DNA from: Octopus bimaculoides
Taxonomy: Eukaryota
DNA length: 64,000 nt
NCBI RefSeq assembly: GCF_001194135.2
Contig: NC_068988.1
Coordinates: forward strand, 67,415,123-67,479,122
Reading direction: 5' to 3'
This document shows positions 26,665 through 39,456 of this stretch, one piece after another; the stretch's first letter is position 1, and every line of letters starts with the position of its first letter. The notes beneath the pieces were generated by a model. The model ran no database searches. It was given only the letters and a program-made list of their open reading frames with translations, and was not told where the DNA came from. The translations under genes were made by a program, and so were the position numbers.

Positions 26665-28180
26665 AAAGGCAGCGAAGGTAAAGACATTTTTAACATAGCT
26701 GATTTAATCTTCGACGAAATTAGGGCAGCGGTGAAAAATGCTCGGACTGTGTCTCCTCCATGGCTAGTGCTGCTAAGGAGGCTACCAAGACGTTTACGTT
26801 CTTGTTGAAAGAAGAACGGAATCCGGGCTCTGTATACTTTTAAAGGGTTATTCAATCTCAAAAGCAAAAAACTCAGTAGAACTAGACTAGTTTCGGAAGA
26901 TCGCTCTATTTTGAGCATCGTTAAACGCTAACCCATTCTCTTCGCAATTCGTCACTCACACTAGTGTCCAAAAAAGAAATAGTTATTCTGAACGTCTTGA
27001 GCATAGCTCATCAATCATTTGCATCATGCAACTGGCAAAAAGAAATAACACTCGTAGAGTTATGATCATATTTTCTCTATATAGCCAAGAGTGTTCTACC
27101 AAAGAATCCGATATGCACTTGGGTACTTGCAAATAACAATAGCATTAGTTAGGCTTGATAATATCACAAATACATTCGCTGAAGATGAGGTTTGCTAACA
27201 GAAATTTCACAACCGAATGACACAGACTGGAAAAGAGCATTTGGGTAGTGCGAACAATTTTCGTGGCCCTATTAGTTGCTACCATACTGGTCTCTATGGC
27301 CTCCATGAATAACATAGCTGCCATGTCACAATCAAATTAAGGGACCCCACGGATACCGAATTCACTGGTAAAGGTGGTCACATGGTTACGTGCTAAGTTC
27401 AATCCAGCAAAATCGCAGTATCGTCAAAAGAAGGCAAACAGTTTAGGGGACTGATTTCCCAACATGCCAAGCAAAAACAGTGCCTCGGGAAGAAATATGG
27501 TTGTCTCTGAATCATAATTTCAAATTCACCAAGACGCAGCTAAGGAACTGGCTAAAGGCAGTCGAGAAAATCGATCCCTTGGAAGATTCAAAGAATGTAT
27601 ATTCCTACTTGGCCTCATATCCAGACTACAGTAACCATTTTTAATTTCACTTACAGAGGTATGATTTCAGCATTTCTATGGCGTAACCAATGGAAGATTG
27701 TGCTCTAAATTTCTGAGAAGTTAGTTGAGAGTCACCCTGTGCAAAATCAATCATCGTGGATGAACTTACAATATCCTGAAAGGATAATACGAAATGTTAC
27801 GCCATTCGTAGAAGAGCAAGCAGCAGGATTTAATCGATGAAGCACCTATCAAAGGATGGTAAATGGCTTCATTTTCCAATGAAGTCGGTTTCCATGGCTT
27901 TCCAGCTCAATCAGTGAACTGTTTCGTGCAGAAAATTGGAGAGAACTGAAGAAAGTTACGAAGGCGGTAAGTATAAATGCTGAGATTAGTACAAGTAATG
28001 AATGGCTGTTAAGGGACACTGCAGATAGGGTCATTAGAAGAAACATAGAAGGTAAAGGGCTATGGACTTGTAACTCCTGAGTCATACATGAGTTTTTCGG
28101 AATATTGCAATGGATACAGCAAACCATGAAATATAACTTAGAATGTCCTGCAGTTTCTGAGTAACGTAAACCATGTTCAC
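26665..28180 (+). mobile_element. HERO-clade RLE non-LTR retrotransposon relic with internal deletion
   Basis: AAVKNARTVSP; KSKNSVELD*FRKIAL; LEHSS; MRFANRNFTTE*HRLEK; MNN at 27305 (decayed MDD); KFNPAKS (27395). It then jumps to endonuclease motifs ELTIS*KDN (27762), KGW and NEVGFHGFPAQSV (27878). Confidence 0.75.
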
Positions 28181-28221
28181 GAAATAACATGCGCGCACAC
28201 ACACACACACTCACACTCACA

Positions 28222-28256
<35 letters not shown>

Positions 28257-28722
28257 ATACAGACACACGCGCACACACGTACTCACACACACATGGGGGA
28301 ATTAGGACCCCTAGAAATGGTGTCATTGGTTTTGAAACGCAGAAACGTGTGTAAAAGATTAAATAAAAAATGCCTAATATATGTTTCCTGTTTTTCTTAA
28401 TACATACATACATATATACATACATATATGCATAAATATATATATAGACATACATATATTTATATATATNNNNNNNNNNNNNNNNNNNNNNNNNNNNNNN
28501 NNNNNNNNNNNNNNNNNNNNNNNNNNNNNNNNNNNNNNNNNNNNNNNNNNNNNNNNNNNNNNNNNNNNNNNNNNNNNNNNNNNNNNNNNNNNNNNNNNNN
28601 NNNNNNNNNNNNNNNNNNNNNNNNNNNNNNNNNNNNNNNNNNNNNNNNNNNNNNNNNNNNNNNNNNNNNNNNNNNNNNNNNNNNNNNNNNNNNNNNNNNN
28701 NNNNNNNNNNNNNNNNNNNNNN

Positions 28723-28755
<33 letters not shown>

Positions 28756-29279
28756 TATGTACGTATATACAAATATATATATATACATATAGGCACATAT
28801 ACACATATACTATAAACTTCTCATACTGCTTCATCAATTAGTTGGGACGAAGATCTCTTCTTTTACTTCTGAAGATGATAAAAAGGAAAGCCTTGTGAGA
28901 GATGTGTGCATTTAGGTGGTAATTTACATTTATTGTAAGAATTGGAGTGAAAGAAACAAAGGAAACTGTTTAAAGCCCAAAGTCAAATATCTATTGTAAG
29001 TGTCATGGCAGTATATATACACGTAAAGAAACCGTGTGGTGGAAGGGAATGAAGAAAAAGAAAATATATTATTTAATAGAGGTTAAACAGAATAAATAAT
29101 GCAGAAAAATGTAAAATGGTAGGAAGTAAAAAAATATGTAGTCTAGTGTACATGAATTTAATCAATAAAGCATTAAATGAATAGAGGCCAGTATCTGGTC
29201 AAGTTAGAAAATAGCTGGCAGTTAATTCGAGAAGCTGTTGAAATGTTTTCAAGTTTTCAAGTTTAGTGAAAATTAAAGA

Positions 29280-29512
<233 letters not shown>

Positions 29513-30547
29513 NNNNNNNNNNNNNNNNNNNNNNNNNNNNNNNNNNNNNNNNNNNNNNNNNNNNNNNNNNNNNNNNNNNNNNNNNNNNNNNNNNNNNNNN
29601 NNNNNNNNNNNNNNNNNNNNNNNNNNNNNNNNNNNNNNNNNNNNNNNNNNNNNNNNNNNNNNNNNNNNNNNNNNNNNNNNNNNNNNNNNNNNNNNNNNNN
29701 NNNNNNNNNNNNNNNNNNNNNNNNNNNNNNNNNNNNNNNNNNNNNNNNNNNNNNNNNNNNNNNNNNNNNNNNNNNNNNNNNNNNNNNNNNNNNNNNNNNN
29801 NNNNNNNNNNNNNNNNNNNNNNNNNNNNNNNNNNNNNNNNNNNNNNNNNNNNNNNNNNNNNNNNNNNNNNNNNNNNNNNNNNNNNNNNNNNNNNNNNNNN
29901 NNNNNNNNNNNNNNNNNNNNNNNNNNNNNNNNNNNNNNNNNNNNNNNNNNNNNNNNNNNNNNNNNNNNNNNNNNNNNNNNNNNNNNNNNNNNNNNNNNNN
30001 NNNNNNNNNNNNNNNNNNNNNNNNNNNNNNNNNNNNNNNNNNNNNNNNNNNNNNNNNNNNNNNNNNNNNNNNNNNNNNNNNNNNNNNNNNNNNNNNNNNN
30101 NNNNNNNNNNNNNNNNNNNNNNNNNNNNNNNNNNNNNNNNNNNNNNNNNNNNNNNNNNNNNNNNNNNNNNNNNNNNNNNNNNNNNNNNNNNNNNNNNNNN
30201 NNNNNNNNNNNNNNNNNNNNNNNNNNNNNNNNNNNNNNNNNNNNNNNNNNNNNNNNNNNNNNNNNNNNNNNNNNNNNNNNNNNNNNNNNNNNNNNNNNNN
30301 NNNNNNNNNNNNNNNNNNNNNNNNNNNNNNNNNNNNNNNNNNNNNNNNNNNNNNNNNNNNNNNNNNNNNNNNNNNNNNAAAACTTGGACAGTTGCCCTAG
30401 TACTTCTGTGAATTTTCATGTTCTTCAGCATTATTAAATGTTCAGCTTCGCTTGTATGAAAACTTCCAATGCGATTACTATTATTTATAAGTGTAGCTAC
30501 AAACATGCTTACGAAAAGCATGCGCATATGAACGCCCCTTGTGTGTG

Positions 30548-30586
<39 letters not shown>

Positions 30587-30627
30587 GTATATACAGAGAG
30601 AGAGAGAGGGAGAGAAAGAGAGAAAGA

Positions 30628-30667
<40 letters not shown>

Positions 30668-31807
30668 AGTGTGTGTATGTGTGTGTGCTTAACAAAATAT
30701 GACAAAATGCCTGACAAAATATATTTCGTGTCTGCTGCAAATAATGACATACGCACTTGGACTTGAAGTTCTTCGATCTCAACTTCTCGGCCATGTATTT
30801 ATGAACCTGTAACCCTAAGAATATATTGTGTGTATATCGATTTGTGCTTTGTAGGAAGAAGTTTGACCGTGTAGTTTTACAGGACTTCTAATTTGAGACA
30901 GAGCATTTTAGTTTGCTCACGTCTGAACAACGTGGAGATAACAGAGATCGTGTCAGACCCAAACGTTTGTTACGGCAAAACACGCTATTAATACTGATGA
31001 ATGTATTGGTAGCATATGGACACATCCTTTCTTTGCATAATTCTAAGATATTTCAGATGGATATAAAAGAGATATAGGAAATTAAAACAACTAATTGAGT
31101 TCTTCCTGCTTGGAGAACGAATTTTTCTTTTATTATTTTTGGATTGCTAGAAAATAAGGAAATAATAATAAATATCTTTATAGTGTTACGTCTAATTTAC
31201 TTTTATTTTAATGATTTTCATGTTTTATTTTCTTATTATAAAGCAAAAAATAACAACAGACTATAAAGTCTAGCTTCTGTACAATCATGGAAGAATGGTC
31301 ATGACTCTATAAAGGAATAAATAAATGGCAAATATCGATTTATTTTCTCAGTAGTTATTAACATAATTGACTGAATTGGCAAACAAGTTGTTTTGTGTAA
31401 TTTTTGTTTTCTCCTACGGTAGCAATTCACGTCTAACGAGGGAAGACGAACAAGAAGACAGGAAGTAGTAACGTTATATTTGAATCGTCATTCTGAAAAG
31501 TAATTTTTATGTTTTCTGCAGTAGAAACATTGAATGAATAAAACAAGAAGCGGGATTATCGTTATGTTATTTTATATCTTTTGTTTCTTTACATTTGGGA
31601 CAGTTTCAGATTATATAAACGGAAGCATGGTTGTATGCTTAAAAGACACGCTTCCCAGCCGCGTTGTTCCTGACTCGATACATCGGCGCACTACATTAGG
31701 TCTTTCAGCAAAAGTCTTTCAGCATATCTTCGTTGGGGGCAACGGAAGAATTACTTTACATATGGAATTTAGTAGAGTGAAACGATACAGAAGACACTGG
31801 CACACGC

Positions 31808-31849
<42 letters not shown>

Positions 31850-32022
31850 NNNNNNNNNNNNNNNNNNNNNNNNNNNNNNNNNNNNNNNNNNNNNNNNNNN
31901 NNNNNNNNNNNNNNNNNNNNNNNNNNNNNNNNNNNNNNNNNNNNNNNNNNNNNNNNNNNNNNNNNNNNNNNNNNNNNNNNNNNNNNNNNNNNNNNNNNNN
32001 NNNNNNNNNNNNNNNNNNNNNN

Positions 32023-32077
<55 letters not shown>

Positions 32078-33271
32078 AATGATACATATCTAAACTATAA
32101 CGGCATAGATGTACCTGTCCTAATAAGAAATGAATTGTGATAAAACAAATATCATGACATAAAGTGCACACGACGCGCGCACGCACACACACGCACACAC
32201 ATACGCACACACACTTATATCTATACACTGACACATACAAATGCTCAAGAAATATCCGGACACAAATATGTACACATACATTCCTAATATCAAACACTGA
32301 TATATGCATAGATGCACACACAGACAGCCATACAATCACACAAAACCACACACTCACACATACACATGAACGCGCGCGCATACACACGGACGCACACACA
32401 GAGCATAGATTACGCCTACAGATGCGTAAAATGTACACGTAAAACTAATAGGCACGTAATTAAGTTTCGGACAGTTACGCTTCAGAGCATTATAATACAA
32501 AACACAAATAAGGGCAATTTAGAGTGGGATTTGGGAACGACGAGAGGGTAATTACTTATTAATAGGTATTAGTATATTGGGTGTGGCTAGGGAATAAACA
32601 AGACGTCCAACGAAATCGCAAATGATTTTAAGAAGTATATTTCAGCAAAAATATATGCATATACGCATGTATATATGTCTACCCTTTCACAAGGAATATA
32701 CCATTTAAATTACAGATCATGAAAATTCAGGATAGTACTTCACTCATTCCAGTTTCTACCTTTTCTTGGCCTCTTACCTCAACTAAAAGACAAGTCACTA
32801 CACGTATTCATGCTGCCAACATACTTAACTAGAACTATTCAAAATAAAAACACCTTGACTGTGTTATACGGATATATAGTTTTATAGCATATGTGTGAAA
32901 ATTCATAGCACATATGTCAAGATGCAGAAAAATAGTTACTATATGCAGACAGAAAAATTTGTATACAATCAAAGCTTAACTCATGTTAACATTTTAACAC
33001 GTTCTACAAATGTACATATGTATGGGTTGGAGTGTGGGCAATACTGCGTGTGTATATGCACCCGTATGCAGCTGTTCCTTGTTCTTTGTATGTACAAATT
33101 AAAATGTGAAAGTGGCTATGTATTTGCTTGATTTAGATAATCTGCATATGCATAGGCTCGTCCAAGTGTTCATGTGTGTACGCATTTACGAGCCTGTATA
33201 TGTACGCATTTGGGTGCGCATGCTTCCACTTTGATGCATATGTCAGCAAACACACACACACATATATACAT

Positions 33272-33319
<48 letters not shown>

Positions 33320-33430
33320 GTGTGTGTGCGTGTGTGTGATACTAATAAAATGATATCTTTTTCAGAACGCAGAGCCGCCGTTACAACAGTAGAAATATTG
33401 GGCAAATTACTCTTATAACGCGGAAAAATT

Positions 33431-33504
33431 TGTCAGATGTGGGACCAGAACCCACGTCCCTCAAACACTCTGGCTGAGTGCTTTACCATTAAGCTAAACT
33501 GCCC
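33431..33504 (-). pseudogene. tRNA-like sequence (left arm)
   Basis: GGGCAGTTTAGCTTAATGGTAAAGC (A box, D arm), CTCA/TGAG stem with an enlarged loop, GTGGG-TTCTGGT-CCCAC T arm. Acceptor stem imperfect. Confidence 0.6.
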
Positions 33505-33819
33505 GCTAACAAATTTACCCGCAAATTTAGATGCTATAAAGTGATATGTACAATTACACGTATATAAATATAAACAGCCTTTTTTGTATATTAGCGTCGA
33601 TAAAGTGTATTTTTCGTTAAAAATAAGATCATCATTTTACCCAAACGCAGAACTGCAGTAAATTATCTTTACAAGGTGGAAAAGCTTGTCAACAAACGGC
33701 TATTTTTGCTGCTTATACAAAAAAAAAAAAGAAAACAAATGTTAGTTTATATATATATATATACACGTAGTTGTGCATTTAGCTTAACAGCGTCTAAATT
33801 TGCGTCTAAATTTGTTATC

Positions 33820-33900
33820 GGGCATTTTTAGCTTAAAGGTAAAACACTCAGGTGAAGTATTTGAAGGATGTGGGTTCGAGTCCCATTGCTGTTTGTTGAC
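33820..33900 (+). pseudogene. tRNA-like sequence (right arm)
   Basis: TAGCTTAAAGGTAAAAC A box and GTGGGTTCGAGTCCCAT B box/T arm. Confidence 0.6.
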
Positions 33901-34047
33901 AAACTTTTCCGCTTTGTAAGGGGAATTAACCCCATATTTCTACTGTTCTAACGAAGGTTCTATGTTTAGAAAGAAGCTATCATCTTATTTCTAACGTACA
34001 ATACATATTTTCGAACCTTATACAAAAATCAGTTTGCTTGTATTCGG

Positions 34048-34106
<59 letters not shown>

Positions 34107-34430
34107 CACACACATGTATATATAGGAACCTTAGTTTAGTTAAAATGTATTTCTGATATATTTTAAATTCTAAAGGTAAATTCACTACAGTTACCAAGGA
34201 GAAAAATTCCCTCTCATGGTAAAAAGTCTAAAATCACTACCTCTGTCCATCACTTCCCCCTATCAGATTCCCAGATATGTACCAAATACACCAAAGTTCG
34301 TTTATTCTTAATCACTGTTTGGTGCTGATGTTAATATATTTTTCAAATGGTGCAACCCAGTCAGTGATGATGCCCAGTTTCAGTTAAAACTACGACTTTG
34401 AAGTTGCCCTGACTTATCTCTCGTCGGTAT

Positions 34431-34475
34431 TTCCTAATGAGGAAGGCTAAAAAGTCAGAAACAGCCGTCTCGGAA
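34431..34475 (+). ncRNA. Degenerate type I hammerhead ribozyme (Penelope-like)
   Basis: TTCCTA-ATGAGGA (for CTGAGGA)-A-GGCT-AAAA-AGTC-A-GAAAC-AGCC-GTC-TCGGAA. Stems I, II and III are all recognisable; core C3 is mutated. Confidence 0.55.
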
Positions 34476-35212
34476 TCCGATAAGCGGAAGTACTAGGCAG
34501 ATATGGTGTTTTTATAGCTTTTACTATAGGAGAGATTTTTTCTCCGCGGTAACTGCAATGTATTTGTGCTTGGAGGCTTCAAAAATGTCATCCATGTGAG
34601 TGTCTGAGTATAAGTGTGTGTACATATGTGTTTAGCGTAGGGAGAGAAAGACAAATATGTGTGCATGTCTATGTTAGTAGATGTACATGTCAGCATGTAG
34701 GCAAATCCAAATATGTACATATACATGTATATAAGTACACAAGTTATTGTACAATGTCTAAGCATACATTTCTGAAAATCATTCCTCATTTTCATAGCAC
34801 TTTCATTTTCTCTGGCTTTCTAATGACTACCTGCTGTTATACGACCGCGTTTCGCTATCGTCAAGTTAGCCACTCACTTTCTCTCTCATTTCCTCACTTA
34901 TACATACCTAATGGTATGATAGATATATAATACATACCACATCCACACAAACAACCAAACGTATACAAATACGCACACACATATGTATATATATAAAAAA
35001 AAAACAAAAGAACAACAAAAAAAACAAATACAAACGAACACGTATTAACAGAGAATATAGGTGATACAGACACTCCCCATACACACATGCACTTACAAAA
35101 GACACAGACACATTGAAGGACGCGCATGCGTAGACACATACAATAGGAATACAAAATACAAAATGGCTGACAGTTAGCAAGGTGAGACATACATAAGAAA
35201 GAAGGAAACAAA

Positions 35213-35257
35213 GGACCACTGATGAGGTCACAGAAGTGTGACGAAAGAACTCTGGCC
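35213..35257 (+). ncRNA. Minimal type I hammerhead ribozyme, Penelope-like
   Basis: GGACCA-CTGATGA-G-GTCAC-AGAAGT-GTGAC-GAAA-G-AA-C-TC-TGGCC. Core complete, 5-bp stem II, stem I 4/5 paired, 2-bp stem III with a 2-nt loop. Predicted cleavage after C35252. Confidence 0.75.
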
Positions 35258-38194
35258 GAAATAAGATTAAGATTAATGTAATATAAAGCTGAAGCAAATT
35301 AACACCAAATATACAGTGCGTGTGTTTTTATTGGCTAAACTGGCAATATGACCATCCCCAAGTACAACAACATATATATNNNNNNNNNNNNNNNNNNNNN
35401 NNNNNNNNNNNNNNNNNNNNNNNNNNNNNNNNNNNNNNNNNNNNNNNNNNNNNNNNNNNNNNNNNNNNNNNNNNNNNNNNNNNNNNNNNNNNNNNNNNNN
35501 NNNNNNNNNNNNNNNNNNNNNNNNNNNNNNNNNNNNNNNNNNNNNNNNNNNNNNNNNNNNNNNNNNNNNNAAACATATACACATATATATATATATATAT
35601 GTTTATATATATATGCATATATCTATGTCATATAATTATTTATTCAACGTGCATGCATATGAGTATAGGCTTACGTGTGCGAATTTGTGTTTTTCTGCCT
35701 ATATGTCTATGTATTTCTTCGTATTATATCTATTGCAACATATATAAGCTAAATTGGTTTTCATCTGACGTGTCGAATATTCAGTAAGTGTCATATGGGA
35801 AACAAGCGAAGAAGACAAAATTATTCAATATTCAAATTTTGTGAATACAAAGAACATTCTTTTTAGCAAATCCTCGGTGGGTGTTACTTGCATATTTTAT
35901 TATCGTTATCATGACGAAGTTGTGTATTAGGAGAGACAAAATCTGTTGAATTTTCTCAACTATAATTGTCGATGCGTCATGTTTTTTGCTACAAATTATT
36001 GTTTACACGTTATGCATATTTGCATAAATATGAAAGTTTTCGATTTCGAAATGTATACTTTTTGATGCTGACTTCATTTGATAGTGAGTGATAAAAGTTG
36101 TTGCTATAAGTTTGTCGTTAACTTATGCATTTTTGTTCCTTGATTTTTTAACCCTGGAGTTACTGACATAAACCTAAATCGAGTGTCTATATAACGCCTA
36201 TTGGTCATTTTCACGATATTAAAATTATTTCTTCTCCATGTTTCGAAACTAAAATATAGTTTTGACCTATATCTAAAAGTATCATATAATCATTGAATTT
36301 GAATAAGTTTAAGAATAATATGCAATAATGATGGTTTAGTTTTACATGAATATTTATGCAAATCCCATTTTGATTTTGTATAGAATTAGAAATTGATGCC
36401 TGGGTAGTTTCTTTATCTAAGACTAAACACTTGTGCAGTGTAAAGCGTTTTCCCAACGGGCTCAACAATAATTCAATCCCTATGTAAGTAAATATATAGG
36501 AATGAAAATAACCTGAAATATTCTTAAGATTTTATCAAATGTACCATTGATATAAATCACGGCAGACATTTTAAATAAACAGATGCAGTTCCAAACAAAT
36601 GTCAGAGTGATTCTTATCACAACTCAGAAATTATCACCAGTAAAATTAAAAGAATTTAAGCATTTGCTAGATTACTACATGCATGTTTCCTAATGGAGCT
36701 TAATCTGATACTTCCTACCGAAATTACACTGTAATGAGGATGCTAAAATATCTAATGTACATTCAAGTGTTATTTAAAAAAAAAATCTGAGTTTTACACT
36801 ACTAGGACAATATTCAATCAAACAACTGCCGTGATATATACGCATTATTGCAAATATAAATGAAGGAACTTTAAGAATATATTAGATGTAAAAATAAATT
36901 TGATATATCGATTGCTTGTTTAAGAACCCTGTCGCTTTCGTAGTGTGGTATGTCAGTATTTAGCATTCCATCAATGCCAAAGTTGTATAACGTTCTTTCG
37001 TGTATGTAGATGCAATTGAATCGTTGGATTTAGTTTGCGAAGTACATTGAGAAAAGGATTGAAATTAAGTAGACTATTAGTGGGCAGTTAGTTTTAATAA
37101 AATCTCTTATGAGGCTGATCCCTAAATGGCTTTATAAAGGAATGGATATCATTTAACACCGCCTGGCGTTGAAAAAATGAAAATTTGTATTGGAAAATTA
37201 ATTAGAATATATTTATCACATGGTAATCTTTTAGTTTGAAATAAACAAAGTATCGGTGTATAGCTAATTATCTCACTTCGTAAACATTGTTTCGTAGTCA
37301 GTCGTACTCAATATCACATTAGAACGATCTCGGATATCATGAGTCAAATTCTGTTGGTGGAAGACTTGTTGAAGCCTGTCTGAAGGATAACTAGTATTCT
37401 TGTTGAATGCGGTCAACCTAGAGCCATGCTTAATATCAGCACCTGGTAGTTGGGTGACTGTAGTATAATCCATCATCGTTGTTGCAAATATTCAGCCGAT
37501 GTGTTGGATCTTGGGATAATTTTCTTCCTTCCACAAACAAATCGTGAAGACCTTGTAAAGGTCATATGCATTATCTTTCTTCTTATGAATAAACACGAGA
37601 CAGTAAAACAAATTCAAACTTTATTGCAATAATATCTCAGCAATAATGTTTGGGGTGCTAAGCTACATTAGCAGAAAAAGATATTTAACTGATATCAATA
37701 GATGTGTTGTTGGCACTAAACAAACAACTGCCTGTTTAGTTAAACAGAACAAGGCTGCTTAAGAGAAAATGTAACTTTATATTTTCATGCTCCTACTCGG
37801 TTCCAATAAAATATATATTTCTGTTCTGTCGTGAAACACATTGTAATACAAAAGGTAAATTAGATTGCGTTTTTTTCACTTCGACTAGAGATATTTTTAA
37901 CTCAGTAATTCTTTATTTCTTTATTTATAAAACAGTAGCAGAGATGGATCTACAAACGAACAACTAAAGCCCACTCTAACTGGTCGCATTCTGAAAATGG
38001 AACACGTTGAAGTGCCACTTAACATACCCGAATTTCTCAAATCGCTAATCAGGCTTGGTTGGTCTTAGACAATTTGGAATTGCAGCATTCACTTATAGCA
38101 AAAATAACAATGGATGACGTGCCAAAAGAAGAGACATAACCTAATAGAATTGACAACCAGACACCTATAATCTTTCTCAAATTACAGTCTATAT

Positions 38195-38736
38195 CCGTGG
38201 TTCTCAAACTTTCCAAATAATTTTACGTGTCAGTCTCCTTACAATTTTTTCGATGATTCGCGGTCCCCTATAAAACACAGGATAATCAATATGGAAAACA
38301 AATTATATACATTCGTGTAGTGTAATTTCCGGACTATGAATCGCACTGCCCATAGACCCGCAACCCTGAAAACCACAACTTAACCCAGGCTATTTCCCAC
38401 TGGGATACAATAGATACACATGAAAATATGGGAAATTAGTTGATCAGTTGGTTACAAAACAAATGAGAAACGAAATATATCGACAGCACATGCTCGATCA
38501 ACCATTATACCCGCATATTTCCTATCGGCCAATCAAGCTTGTGCAACCCGTGTGATTAGTAAATGAGTGTCTAGGATGGCGTCGGTTTTGAAGCCAACGT
38601 ACAAACAGGATGATAGCATGCAGAAATATTGAAAGTCTTGAAATTCTAAAACTTAACTCTCACAGTCCACCCCGTTTTCACGATACTTCAGCGTCCCCCT
38701 AAAATCGCTTCCTGATCCCCAGTTTGAGAACCACTG
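38195..38736. mobile_element. hAT (Charlie/Buster-type) MITE, 542 bp
   Basis: TIRs CCGTGGTTCTCAAACT / AGTTTGAGAACCACTG (15/16). Perfect 8-bp TSD GTCTATAT at 38187-38194 and 38737-38744. Confidence 0.92.
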
Positions 38737-39399
38737 GTCTATATTAATAAATGTGGAAGGACACATGGGATGCGACAATTTTAGACGCATTGTTAGGGAA
38801 GTGAAAAGATGCGAAGTCTGATGGATAAGTGCTGTGTGAACAAAGACGACGACGGCGACGATGACGACAACTGAGACGAGGACGCCGACAACAGCAACAT
38901 CAATAATAAAAACACTAATTCTGTTATTTTAGATGCAAAGGTGTTTTGTTTGTCGCAAATAGACCTGTGGAAATAACTCAGCCATATTACCTTATAACAG
39001 AAACCTTCCATATAGTATTTCCCATTATATGTGTATCATAAACAGTGTATATATTATACATACAAACAAACATACGTATACACACACACACATGTCTGTA
39101 TATATATATATATATATNNNNNNNNNNNNNNNNNNNNNNNNNNNNNNNNNNNNNNNNNNNNNNNNNNNNNNNNNNNNNNNNNNNNNNNNNNNNNNNNNNN
39201 NNNNNNNNNNNNNNNNNNNNNNNNNNNNNNNNNNNNNNNNNNNNNNNNNNNNNNNNNNNNNNNNNNNNNNNNNNNNNNNNNNNNNNNNNNNNNNNNNNNN
39301 NNNNNNNNNNNNNNNNNNNNNNNNNNNNNNNNNNNNNNNNNNNNNNNNNNNNNNNNNNNNNNNNNNNNNNNNNNNNNNNNNNNNNNNNNNNNNNNNNNN

Positions 39400-39456
<57 letters not shown>

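Larger units (their letters stand above)
33344..33989. repeat. Long imperfect inverted repeat (arms 33344-33590 and 33714-33989), each arm carrying a tRNA-like module
   Basis: The reverse complement of the left arm aligns to the right arm throughout, e.g. TCTAAATTTGCG..TAAATTTGTTA.CGGGCA and ATATTTCTACTGTT.TAACG. Confidence 0.85.

Noticed and set aside
28293-28330. GGGG/CCCC stem, GAAA and GTC (hammerhead 3' half)
   Set aside because: The CUGANGA half is absent, replaced by (CA)n. At best a truncated relic.
33431-33900. Functional tRNA genes
   Set aside because: Enlarged anticodon loops and imperfect acceptor stems, so they are kept only as tRNA-like modules.
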